From contig CAYJWA010000001.1 in the NCBI GenBank assembly GCA_964373775.1, positions 1 through 57,608 on the forward strand: 57,608 nucleotides of DNA, in the 5' to 3' direction. This DNA comes from an uncultured Candidatus Saccharibacteria bacterium (lineage in GTDB: Bacteria; Patescibacteriota; Minisyncoccia; Phycocordibacterales; UBA10002). The notes below the pieces were generated by a model, which searched no databases, had not been told where the DNA came from, and saw nothing but the letters and a program-made list of their open reading frames with translations. Every line of letters begins with the position of its first letter. The stretch's first letter is position 1. A program made the position numbers and the translations under genes. Positions 1 through 7,602 of the stretch are shown in pieces.

Positions 1-64
1 ACGATCCGCTTTCTTTTTGTCGAATTCCTCGTCCAAGAATGGCTAACAGTTCAATAGTTTGCAA
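1..64 (-). CDS. 5' end of an unidentified ORF running off the window (partial)
   Basis: On the minus strand AAGGAGG (77..71) lies 6 nt upstream of TTG (64..62). The frame stays open to position 1 (about 21 codons, MQTIELLAILGRGIRQKESGS). Too short to assign. Confidence 0.3.
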   Translation of the reverse strand, partial: MQTIELLAILGRGIRQKESGS

Positions 65-170
65 TCAGTACCTCCTTCTTTTATTTTGTGTTTTGTGCAG
101 TGAAATCCTGAAACTATCCTATATCATTTGATGGTTCTTGTCAAGGTTTTAGCGCGCGATAGGACAGTAT

Positions 171-716
171 ATGCTTGATGTAATGCAAGATAAAAAAAGG
201 AAAGCGGTTTTTTTTGACCGAGACGGAGTTATCCTCAAACCGATTGTGATGGATGGGAAGCCGCGGCCTCCGCACAGCATTGCGGAATATAAAGCGCTCA
301 GCGGCATTTTGCCTGGCGCAAAGGAGGCCGTGGAGAAGGTGAAGGCCGCCGGTTTTCTCGCGATTCTTGTTTCCAATCAGCCGGATATTGCTTACGGCGT
401 GATTTCAAAAACAGAATGGCAATGGATACAGGACCAGCTCAAAGATATTCCATTTGATGATGTTTTTATCTGCTTTCACAGGAGAGATGACAACTGCGAC
501 TGTATGAAGCCAGAACCTGGAAAGTTTTTTGAAGCCGCTAAGAAATGGAATCTAGATCTTACGCAGTCGTTTTTGGTTGGAGATACCAAAGACGATGTTG
601 GCGTGGCAAAAAACGCGGGGTGCAAAAGTATTCTCATTCGCCAACCATATAATGAAAAAGTGTCTGTCGATATAGCGATTGACGACATCAGTGAATTAAG
701 CCGGCTATTTCAGTAA
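171..716 (+). CDS. gmhB: D-glycero-D-manno-heptose 1,7-bisphosphate phosphatase (HAD, GmhB/histidinol-phosphatase family)
   Basis: HAD motif I FFDRDGVI, VSNQPDIAYG, the Zn-finger-like CFHRRDDNCDCMKPEPG and VGDTKDDVGVAKNAG are typical of GmhB. Confidence 0.8.
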   Translation: MLDVMQDKKRKAVFFDRDGVILKPIVMDGKPRPPHSIAEYKALSGILPGAKEAVEKVKAAGFLAILVSNQPDIAYGVISKTEWQWIQDQLKDIPFDDVFICFHRRDDNCDCMKPEPGKFFEAAKKWNLDLTQSFLVGDTKDDVGVAKNAGCKSILIRQPYNEKVSVDIAIDDISELSRLFQ

Positions 717-778
717 CACGCACGAAAAGACCGACTCGTGTTCTCTCGTGTCGGCCAAAAGCGCTTCGGTTGCGATGT

Positions 779-1678
779 CTAGACGCTCGGTGCAATATCC
801 AACATATGTCTCAGTGCGTCTGTAAGAATCATCTCCGCTGCGATGTGTCGTTTTTTGGCATACGCGAGCGATGCTTCGTTTCCCGCGGCGCAAAGCCGAA
901 TGTTTCCCAACGAGTCTTTGTAGAAGAACATCTTTCCACCTGCGCCACGGACGATCGGGATTCCGGGAAGATAATCCCAAGGCTTACGCGAACCTGTCGC
1001 TATATCCAGCGACCCTCTCCCGATTGCCACGAAATTGAGCGAGGATGAACCAAACATGCGAATTGCTCGTGCCGATCCTTTTGGAGGTATTAGATTTTCA
1101 GCGATTCGGAATCCATCCGAGAAATTTTCTTTCGCGGTGTCAAAAGCGTCCATTTCCGCGGATACGATGAAATCTCCCGATGCGGTTCTTGAAGAAGTGC
1201 GGCAGGGGATCAGTTTAGTGCCCTGTACGGTCCATGTTTGCCAGCGGTTTTTTATCAAACCTCCACATACAATGTCCAGAAGAAAGGCATCTCGCGCGCT
1301 TGTTGCGGTGAGCTGTCCGATAGCGGACAGAATTGGCTCCCCATTTCTCAAGTAGGCGACGGCACAACCAGTACCAGGGAGGTTGAAAAGAAATCCTCGT
1401 GTGCAGTCAATAGGATCTATCACCAAATCGTAGTCCTGTAAATTTACCGAAATCGGCGCCGTTTCCTCCACAAGGATCGAGATTTCTCCCAAGAGTTTGG
1501 TCGCCATTTTTACGAGAGCCCGGCCCACTTTGAGATCGGCCAGGGCGGTTTCAGTATGGCTTTTCTTGTCGGCAAGTCGCTGTGTTGATTTTTCCGAGCT
1601 CGCGCTGGTAATTTCTTGCAGTCCCGTTCTGACGAGAGCGATGAGCGCCTTTAGTATTGTTTCTTCTTTCATATGCAT
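779..1678 (-). CDS. inositol monophosphatase / FBPase-family phosphatase
   Basis: Contains DPIDCTRGF (DPIDGT motif) and WDYLPGIPIVRGAGG (WD..G....AGG motif). The ORF track extends to 1933, but that extension overlaps the divergent gene at 1755, so the start was moved to the ATG at 1678 (MHMKEETILK). Confidence 0.7.
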   Translation of the reverse strand: MHMKEETILKALIALVRTGLQEITSASSEKSTQRLADKKSHTETALADLKVGRALVKMATKLLGEISILVEETAPISVNLQDYDLVIDPIDCTRGFLFNLPGTGCAVAYLRNGEPILSAIGQLTATSARDAFLLDIVCGGLIKNRWQTWTVQGTKLIPCRTSSRTASGDFIVSAEMDAFDTAKENFSDGFRIAENLIPPKGSARAIRMFGSSSLNFVAIGRGSLDIATGSRKPWDYLPGIPIVRGAGGKMFFYKDSLGNIRLCAAGNEASLAYAKKRHIAAEMILTDALRHMLDIAPSV

Positions 1679-1754
1679 GTGCGTGATTTTGCGATTTGCG
1701 ATTGTTGTTTCTCTGCATTTGTTATATAGTAAAGAAACCAAATAGTCAATTCGC

Positions 1755-2450
1755 ATGAAAGCCATTATTCTTGCCGCCGGAGAAGGAAAAAGAATGTTGC
1801 CGCTTACACTCTCGACTCCCAAACCCCTACTTATGATTGGGGGAAAGACGGTGCTGGACCATATCGTTGGAGGGTTTCCGAGCGAAATCACGGAAACGGT
1901 CATTGTGGTAAAGTATTGTGGAGAAAAAATCAAAGCGTATTGTGGTAATGTCTTTCATGGCAGACCCATCCGGTACGCGGAAGGGAGCGAAAAGGGGAAT
2001 GCCTTTAGTTTTCTTGCCGCGGCGCCGTATGTGAACAAAGACGAGCGGGTTATGATACTCTACGCGGATGAAATCCCGAGTGCCGAGAATATGCAAAAGT
2101 GCCTCGCGCATAAATATAGTTGGCTTTGCAAGGAAACCGCACGGCCAAAAGCGGCAGGGGTCGTGAAGTTACGAAGTGACGGGACGATTGAAGAAATTGT
2201 GGAGAAATCAGAGAATCCACCGTCCAACATTGCGGCTATCGGACTTATGGTGCTTCCAGGAGAAGTATTTAAGTACACGCCGATACAAAATGCAAATGGA
2301 GAGTATTATTTTTCGTCCATGGCGAATCAATTCTTGAGAAAAGGAAAGGTCTATGCGGTCGTAACTAAAGGGGGCTGTTCTTTGACGAAACCGGAGGATA
2401 TACCAAAGGTTGAGGCATTTCTCGCGAGCAGGAGTAACTCTCTGGTTTAA
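1755..2450 (+). CDS. sugar-1-phosphate nucleotidyltransferase
   Basis: The N-terminus MKAIILAAGEGKRMLPLTLSTPKPLL carries the G-x-G-x-R signature of NDP-sugar pyrophosphorylases. Confidence 0.75.
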   Translation: MKAIILAAGEGKRMLPLTLSTPKPLLMIGGKTVLDHIVGGFPSEITETVIVVKYCGEKIKAYCGNVFHGRPIRYAEGSEKGNAFSFLAAAPYVNKDERVMILYADEIPSAENMQKCLAHKYSWLCKETARPKAAGVVKLRSDGTIEEIVEKSENPPSNIAAIGLMVLPGEVFKYTPIQNANGEYYFSSMANQFLRKGKVYAVVTKGGCSLTKPEDIPKVEAFLASRSNSLV

Positions 2451-2505
2451 GACGATATACCGCTCATTAAATGGCGTCTTTAAGTGTTATAGTGGGTGAA
2501 TCGCT

Positions 2506-3222
2506 ATGAAGAGCATCACAGATTTCAAAATAAAGATTTTTGCGGACGGGGCGGAGAAGACCGCGATGCTTGAACTCGCCCAAAAACCCTTCATCAGGGG
2601 TTTTACCACCAACCCGACGCTCATGCGAAAGGGTGGAGTAAACGATTACGCCGGGTTTGCGAAAGAGATTCTCGCGGCGATTTCGGACAGGCCGATTTCT
2701 TTTGAGGTGTTCTCGGATGAGTTTTCCGAGATGGAGCGGCAAGCAAAGATTATTGCTTCGTGGGGAGAGAATGTGTATGTAAAGATTCCAATTACGAATA
2801 CGAAAGGGGAGTCCTCACTTCCGCTCGTTAGCCGCTTGGTGGCGAAGGGTATTAAAGTAAATGTAACCGCGATTCTCGCGCTGTCGCAGGTGAAGGAGAC
2901 GGCAGAGGCGCTTTCGCCGAGGGTCGCGTCAGTCGTCTCGGTCTTTGCCGGACGAATTGCAGACACCGGACGCGACCCCGTTCCGATAATGAAGGAGGCG
3001 AAGAAGCTTCTTGCGAAAAATAAAAAAGCCGAGCTTCTATGGGCAAGTACGCGGGAGGTCCTCAATGTCGCGCAGGCAGAAGAAGCGGGATGCGATATCA
3101 TTACCGTGCCGAGCGATATCCTGAAAAAACTGGATAAATGGGGTTATGATTTGGAGAAACTCTCTCTTGATACGGTCAAGATGTTTTATAAAGACGGGCA
3201 AGTGGCGGGATATAAAATCTAA
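2506..3222 (+). CDS. transaldolase / fructose-6-phosphate aldolase family (short TalC/Fsa type)
   Basis: KIFADGAE, GFTTNPTLM, VYVKIPIT, KVNVTAILA and SVFAGRIADTG match the short transaldolase family. It could supply sedoheptulose-7-P. Confidence 0.75.
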   Translation: MKSITDFKIKIFADGAEKTAMLELAQKPFIRGFTTNPTLMRKGGVNDYAGFAKEILAAISDRPISFEVFSDEFSEMERQAKIIASWGENVYVKIPITNTKGESSLPLVSRLVAKGIKVNVTAILALSQVKETAEALSPRVASVVSVFAGRIADTGRDPVPIMKEAKKLLAKNKKAELLWASTREVLNVAQAEEAGCDIITVPSDILKKLDKWGYDLEKLSLDTVKMFYKDGQVAGYKI

Positions 3223-3366
3223 ATTAGCAAATTACAAGTCCCAAATCACAAACAAATTCGAAATCTAAATATACAAATTCAAAAAGAAACACTGTCTAGT
3301 TTAAGTTTATAATTTGAGTCATTTGGCATTGTTTGGAATTTGGTGCTTGTGATTTGTGATTTTCAC
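3223..3366. repeat. AT-rich imperfect inverted-repeat intergenic element (copy A); inverted copy of the element at 12643..12817
   Basis: The arms are built from caaat/cacaa/attac words. The 36-mer at 3328..3363 matches the reverse complement of 12648..12683 at 34/36. The 16-mer at 3247..3262 is identical to the reverse complement of 12739..12754. Confidence 0.8.
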
Positions 3367-3370
3367 GCTT

Positions 3371-3982
3371 ATGTATCTACCCTATATAGAACAATATCTC
3401 GCAGAGGCCAAGCAGATTATCGACGCGCTTGATCGCCCATCTATTGAACGGATGATAGAAGTCCTGAAGCAGGTTCGCGACGAACGTGGCAGGCTTTTCA
3501 TATTGGGCGTTGGCGGCGGCGCGGGGCACGCTAGTCACGCGGTGAATGATTTCAGGAAGATTGCGGGCGTAGAGGCATACACGCCTATGGATAACATCTC
3601 GGAATTCTCGGCGCGGGTAAATGACGACGGCTGGGAGAATGTACTAGCCGACTGGCTCAAAGGAAGCTTTCTATCCTCTAAAGACGCCATACTGGTATTT
3701 TCGGTGGGAGGAGGAAATGCTGAAAAGAATATCAGCGTCAATATTGTCGCGGGCGTGAAGTACGCGAAAAAAGTCGGAGCAAAAGTGCTTGGCGTGGTTG
3801 GTCGCGATGGAGGATACACAAAAAGCGTGGCGGACGCGTGCGTTTTGGTGCCGAATGTAAATCCGGAGACCGTCACCCCGCATACCGAGAGTTTTCAGGC
3901 GGTCATTTGGCACCTCGTTGTGAGCCACCCACTGTTCTTGAAGCAGAAAGGAAAGTGGGAATCGGTAGAGAAGACGAAATAA
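3371..3982 (+). CDS. SIS-domain sugar-phosphate isomerase (phosphoheptose isomerase-like)
   Basis: LFILGVGGGAGHASHAVNDFRK and VFSVGGGN are SIS-fold features. The ATG at 3371 is preferred over the GTG at 3356, which lies inside the repeat. Confidence 0.65.
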   Translation: MYLPYIEQYLAEAKQIIDALDRPSIERMIEVLKQVRDERGRLFILGVGGGAGHASHAVNDFRKIAGVEAYTPMDNISEFSARVNDDGWENVLADWLKGSFLSSKDAILVFSVGGGNAEKNISVNIVAGVKYAKKVGAKVLGVVGRDGGYTKSVADACVLVPNVNPETVTPHTESFQAVIWHLVVSHPLFLKQKGKWESVEKTK

Positions 3983-4006
3983 TCGTTTTTGTCCATATAC
4001 GCGAGG

Positions 4007-4034
4007 TTGAGAAAACTTCGCCGCTATGTATAAT
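4007..4034 (+). promoter_or_regulatory. sigma70-like promoter TTGAGA-16-TATAAT
   Basis: TTGAGA at 4007..4012, a 16-nt spacer, and TATAAT at 4029..4034. The box overlaps the ATG at 4026 and lies 9 nt before the in-frame ATG at 4044, so a leaderless start is possible. Confidence 0.4.
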
Positions 4035-4790
4035 GCTTCTGTTATGACAAGCGCGCGCAGCATCTCGGTCTTTGTGCCGGTCTATAATGAGCGGGGTAGC
4101 GTGCGGGCTATAGCCGAAGAGATTGACCGCTATCTGAAAGACAGATTCACGGACTATGAGATTCTTCTCGTTACGAGTGAACAAAGCACTGATGGGACGA
4201 ATGCGATCGCGCAAGACCTCGAACAAGAGATCGCGCATCTACGAGTGGTAAACCGCGGCAATGATGTAAGTTATGCCGGAGCGCTTCGCGCGGGCTTTAA
4301 AAGCGCGACGAAGGAACTTATCTTTTTCACCGACGGCGACCGCCAGTTTGACATCAAAGAGATCGATCTCTTACTGCCGCTCATAGAGCGCTACGACATG
4401 ATTACGGGATATAAAATCAAGCGGAATGACCCTCTGATGCGTATATGGATGTCGTGGCTCTACAATCTAACTATGCGCCTGTTTTTTGGCGTAACGCTCC
4501 GGGATGTAAATTGCGCGTTTAAGCTCTATCGCCGGTATGTCATAGACGCAGTTGATTTTCTTCCTAACCTTACGCAAGGAGTCATTCATGTTGAGGTGTA
4601 TCTTACCGCGCTTAAAAAAGGATATACTATTGCCGAGGTGGGAGTGCATCATTTTCATAGATTGACGGGATTTCCTGATTCTGAGATCGGTCCTCGCGGA
4701 AAGATTATCGCATTCGTGCGCCCGCGAATTATTCTAGAATCCTTAAAAGATACCTATGCGCTCTGGAAAAAAGTACACAGGGAAGATTAA
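4026..4790 (+). CDS. GT2 glycosyltransferase, polyprenyl-phosphate sugar synthase type (Dpm1/GtrB/ArnC-like)
   Basis: ISVFVPVYNERGS, TDGDRQFD, GYKIKRND and DVNCAFKLYRR match the Dpm1/GtrB/ArnC-like pattern. The start may be 4044 if the promoter call is right. Confidence 0.7.
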   Translation: MYNASVMTSARSISVFVPVYNERGSVRAIAEEIDRYLKDRFTDYEILLVTSEQSTDGTNAIAQDLEQEIAHLRVVNRGNDVSYAGALRAGFKSATKELIFFTDGDRQFDIKEIDLLLPLIERYDMITGYKIKRNDPLMRIWMSWLYNLTMRLFFGVTLRDVNCAFKLYRRYVIDAVDFLPNLTQGVIHVEVYLTALKKGYTIAEVGVHHFHRLTGFPDSEIGPRGKIIAFVRPRIILESLKDTYALWKKVHRED

Positions 4791-4955
4791 AGCACAAAAC
4801 ACAATACTCAAAAATCCAAACAAACATTTCAAAGCACAGTATCCAAAAGACCAAACAGAGAGCGGAGTAGTCGTAGACTGATGAGTTTGTGTTTTGAGAG
4901 TTTGCCGTTTTGTTTGGGTTCTGTGCGGTCTGTGTTTTGGTAAGTTTCCTTTTTT
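4791..4955. repeat. AT-rich imperfect inverted-repeat intergenic element (copy C)
   Basis: The left arm is rich in caaaaca/ccaaaca words. The right arm is rich in the complementary tgttttg/tgtttgg words (gagtttgtgttttgag, gttttgtttgg, ctgtgttttgg). Confidence 0.6.
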
Positions 4956-5897
4956 ATGGTAATACACACTAAGAAAGTCTTGGTCACCGGAGGCGCCGGA
5001 TTTATAGGTTCGAATGTCGTACGGTATCTGTGTGATAACGGATACTGCGTGTTGGTGATTGATGATCTCTCTTCAGGTTTTCGCCGGCTGGTAGACAAAC
5101 GGGCGAGATTCTTCAAAGGTTCTATTGCCAACCAATCGCTTCTTTTGTGGATACTTCCCGGCATCACCGCTGTTTTTCATCTGGCAGCCACCTCAACCGT
5201 TACCTATTCAGTAAGTAACCCTCGGTTATACTTTGAGAATAATTTCATGAACGGAATACAGCTTCTTGAAGCCATGAGAAAGGCCGGCGTAAAAAAAATG
5301 GTGTATGCGTCCAGCGCCGCTTCATATAACGGTCTAAAGTGCACCTCCATTGCCGAAGATGACGCCGTAGGCCCGCTTACCCCCTACGGCGCCTCCAAGC
5401 TCGCGTTTGAGTGCGCCATGAGCGCGTACTGGCACTCCTTTAAGATAGAAGGAATCGCTTTGCGTTTTTTTAATGTCTACGGACCGAATGATGAGCAACC
5501 CAATAATTCGCGGGCTATCCCGATGTGGCTTGAAGCGGCGCTCTCGGGGGAAAAAGTCCCCTATCATTGGAAAGGAAAGCAGAAGCGCGATTATATCTTT
5601 GTTGAAGATGTGGCGCGCGCGATGGTGCTTGCCGCCGAAAAAGCCCGCGGTTTCAATGTGTATAATGTGGGAAGCGGGAAAGGGATATGGATGATAGATA
5701 TTTTGAAAAAAATAGAAGACATTCTCGGAGAAAAGCTCATTTTACAGGATATGGGTTCGCGACCGGGGGATCCGAAGTATGCCATTGCCAATATCAAGAA
5801 GATTCAGAAAGGACTTGGTTGGGAGCCGCGTATCGGTTTAGATGAAGGCTTGCGACGGACTATTGCCTATTTCAAGAAGCGATTTAAAAAGACATGA
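4956..5897 (+). CDS. NAD-dependent sugar-nucleotide epimerase/dehydratase (GalE-like SDR)
   Basis: VLVTGGAGFIGSN and YGASKLAFE (YxxxK) are the SDR signatures. Confidence 0.7.
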   Translation: MVIHTKKVLVTGGAGFIGSNVVRYLCDNGYCVLVIDDLSSGFRRLVDKRARFFKGSIANQSLLLWILPGITAVFHLAATSTVTYSVSNPRLYFENNFMNGIQLLEAMRKAGVKKMVYASSAASYNGLKCTSIAEDDAVGPLTPYGASKLAFECAMSAYWHSFKIEGIALRFFNVYGPNDEQPNNSRAIPMWLEAALSGEKVPYHWKGKQKRDYIFVEDVARAMVLAAEKARGFNVYNVGSGKGIWMIDILKKIEDILGEKLILQDMGSRPGDPKYAIANIKKIQKGLGWEPRIGLDEGLRRTIAYFKKRFKKT

Positions 5898-5921
5898 GTC
5901 CCATACTGGATCTCCATCATC

Positions 5922-6632
5922 ATGGTGCTTAGCCATATTTCAACATATCTAAAAAAGATAGTCCGGCGATGCGGGCTTATGCCCATGGTTACTGCCCTAA
6001 ACAATCTTCGCTGTCGTGTCATAAAAAAAATATGCCTCCTTACGGGGAGAAATCCTCTGGAGTATGTCTATACCGATTCTTTCTTCAGCATAGCTCGGCA
6101 CGAACATGTCTTGGGAAATACACCGAAGATAGTGGCTGATATTGTTTCTCATTTTTATAAACCGAAAAAGGTTGTTGATTTCGGTTGCGGGTGCGGTATA
6201 TATCTGCGCGAATTCGAGCGTCTGGGAGCCGAGGTGTTCGGCATTGATGGAAGTCCGGCCGCGGAAAGGAATCTCGCTATACCTCGGAAGAAATTCCGGC
6301 TCGCCGATCTTACTAAGAATATTTACTTACCGGAGCGTTACGACTGTGCCATTTGTTTTGAAGTTGCCGAGCATATACCCACCAGTGCTTCTGAAACTCT
6401 GGTAGATAACATAACTCGCGGAAGTAACCTCGTCGTTTTCAGCTCTGCTCATAAAGGGCAAGGCGGACACGATCATATCAATGAGCAAGACCCTGAATTC
6501 TGGGTTAGCGTTTTTCAAAAAAAAGGATTTGAGTTTCTCACAAAAGACACTCAAAGAATCAGGACGGCGCTTAGAGATGCCGGGGCCATATTTTGGCTCG
6601 TTGATAACATCGCGATATTCAGAAAGCGATAA
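5922..6632 (+). CDS. class I SAM-dependent methyltransferase
   Basis: VVDFGCGCGIY (motif I) and YDCAICFEVAEHI. Confidence 0.6.
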   Translation: MVLSHISTYLKKIVRRCGLMPMVTALNNLRCRVIKKICLLTGRNPLEYVYTDSFFSIARHEHVLGNTPKIVADIVSHFYKPKKVVDFGCGCGIYLREFERLGAEVFGIDGSPAAERNLAIPRKKFRLADLTKNIYLPERYDCAICFEVAEHIPTSASETLVDNITRGSNLVVFSSAHKGQGGHDHINEQDPEFWVSVFQKKGFEFLTKDTQRIRTALRDAGAIFWLVDNIAIFRKR

Positions 6633-6653
6633 ACGAGTTCACTGTTCCTGCCC

Positions 6654-7559
6654 TTACCGCCGCTTCTCGCCGATAAAATATATAAAAGCAGATACTTCTA
6701 TGGAACGGGGAAAGAGATTGAAAAGCAGGTCAAGGACTCGGAGCGGCGAGAGTATCACCATAAATAAATATGTTGCGAGGTTATAGACCGCTTCGGATAT
6801 AAGTGAAAACGGCAGAGCCAGAAAATACATTAAAAATGTAACGAGAGCTGACGCGGGTCCGCCAAGGACCCCCATTTTTATAAGCGTGAAGTCATAGAAC
6901 TTCTGCTGCAAACCCTCGTGTGTCAGTCGTATGTAGTCATTGGGCGAAGCGTGGAAAGGCATGATGAACGGGATGCTCACATAGACAAATCCTCCCGGCT
7001 TTACCACGCGGTACATCTCTCGTATGGCCTGTTCCGCGTCAGGCGTGTGTTCTATGGTGGATTCGGAGATGAGCATGTCAAGCGAATTGTCTTTGAACGG
7101 AAGCGCGGCGGCATCGGCAACGATGTCCACATTCTTAAACGGAAAGATATCGAGATTGATGACCGCGGGATGCACATTGGTGATGCCCGAGCCGACATTA
7201 ATGATGATTTTATCCTTCGCCCGTTCCCCGTAGAGTTGCTCAATGGCTTTTTTCGGCCTCTGCCCAAAGTAAGAAACACTTCCGATCGCATAGGTGAGAA
7301 AGACAAAAAAGGCGGGCCACTTTTTCACCAGCGATTTGAAGCGGTTCACGAATTGCTTCGCTTCCGCGTCGTATTTTCGTATGCTCTCATCCGCGTTCTT
7401 GGTGAAGTAGAGCACGGAGTCTCGAACAGGATATTCAATGAAGCATCCATCGCAGGTAAGTTTTTGCTCCCGAATCGAAAGCGAACTTCTCCTACAAGCA
7501 GGGCAGAGGAGGAGGGGAAGAAGTTTATCTATCAGTGTTTTCTTATCTTCTCTATACAT
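6654..7559 (-). CDS. membrane-anchored SAM methyltransferase with an N-terminal Trm112-like zinc ribbon
   Basis: LLCPACRR...LTCDGCFIEYPVRDSVLYF forms the zinc ribbon. IINVGSGI and DMLISESTIEH match Methyltransf_11. Hydrophobic segments lie mid-protein and at the C-terminus. Confidence 0.6.
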   Translation of the reverse strand: MYREDKKTLIDKLLPLLLCPACRRSSLSIREQKLTCDGCFIEYPVRDSVLYFTKNADESIRKYDAEAKQFVNRFKSLVKKWPAFFVFLTYAIGSVSYFGQRPKKAIEQLYGERAKDKIIINVGSGITNVHPAVINLDIFPFKNVDIVADAAALPFKDNSLDMLISESTIEHTPDAEQAIREMYRVVKPGGFVYVSIPFIMPFHASPNDYIRLTHEGLQQKFYDFTLIKMGVLGGPASALVTFLMYFLALPFSLISEAVYNLATYLFMVILSPLRVLDLLFNLFPRSIEVSAFIYFIGEKRR

Positions 7560-7602
7560 GTTTCATATATACGGGTATCATAGTAAGCTATACTATAAAA
7601 AT

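Noticed and set aside
717-778. Bidirectional terminator between the convergent gmhB and IMPase genes
   Set aside because: There are only short, mismatched stems (gaccgac/gtcggcc, cacga/tcgtg) and no T-tract.
1679-1933. N-terminal extension of the IMPase ORF. Analogous extensions occur at 7438, 9402, 10692, 11482, 15703, 34798, 35714, 49048 and 54739.
   Set aside because: The extensions overlap neighbouring genes, repeats or terminators. They begin at GTG or TTG or lack homology-like sequence. Internal ATGs give N-termini typical of the families.
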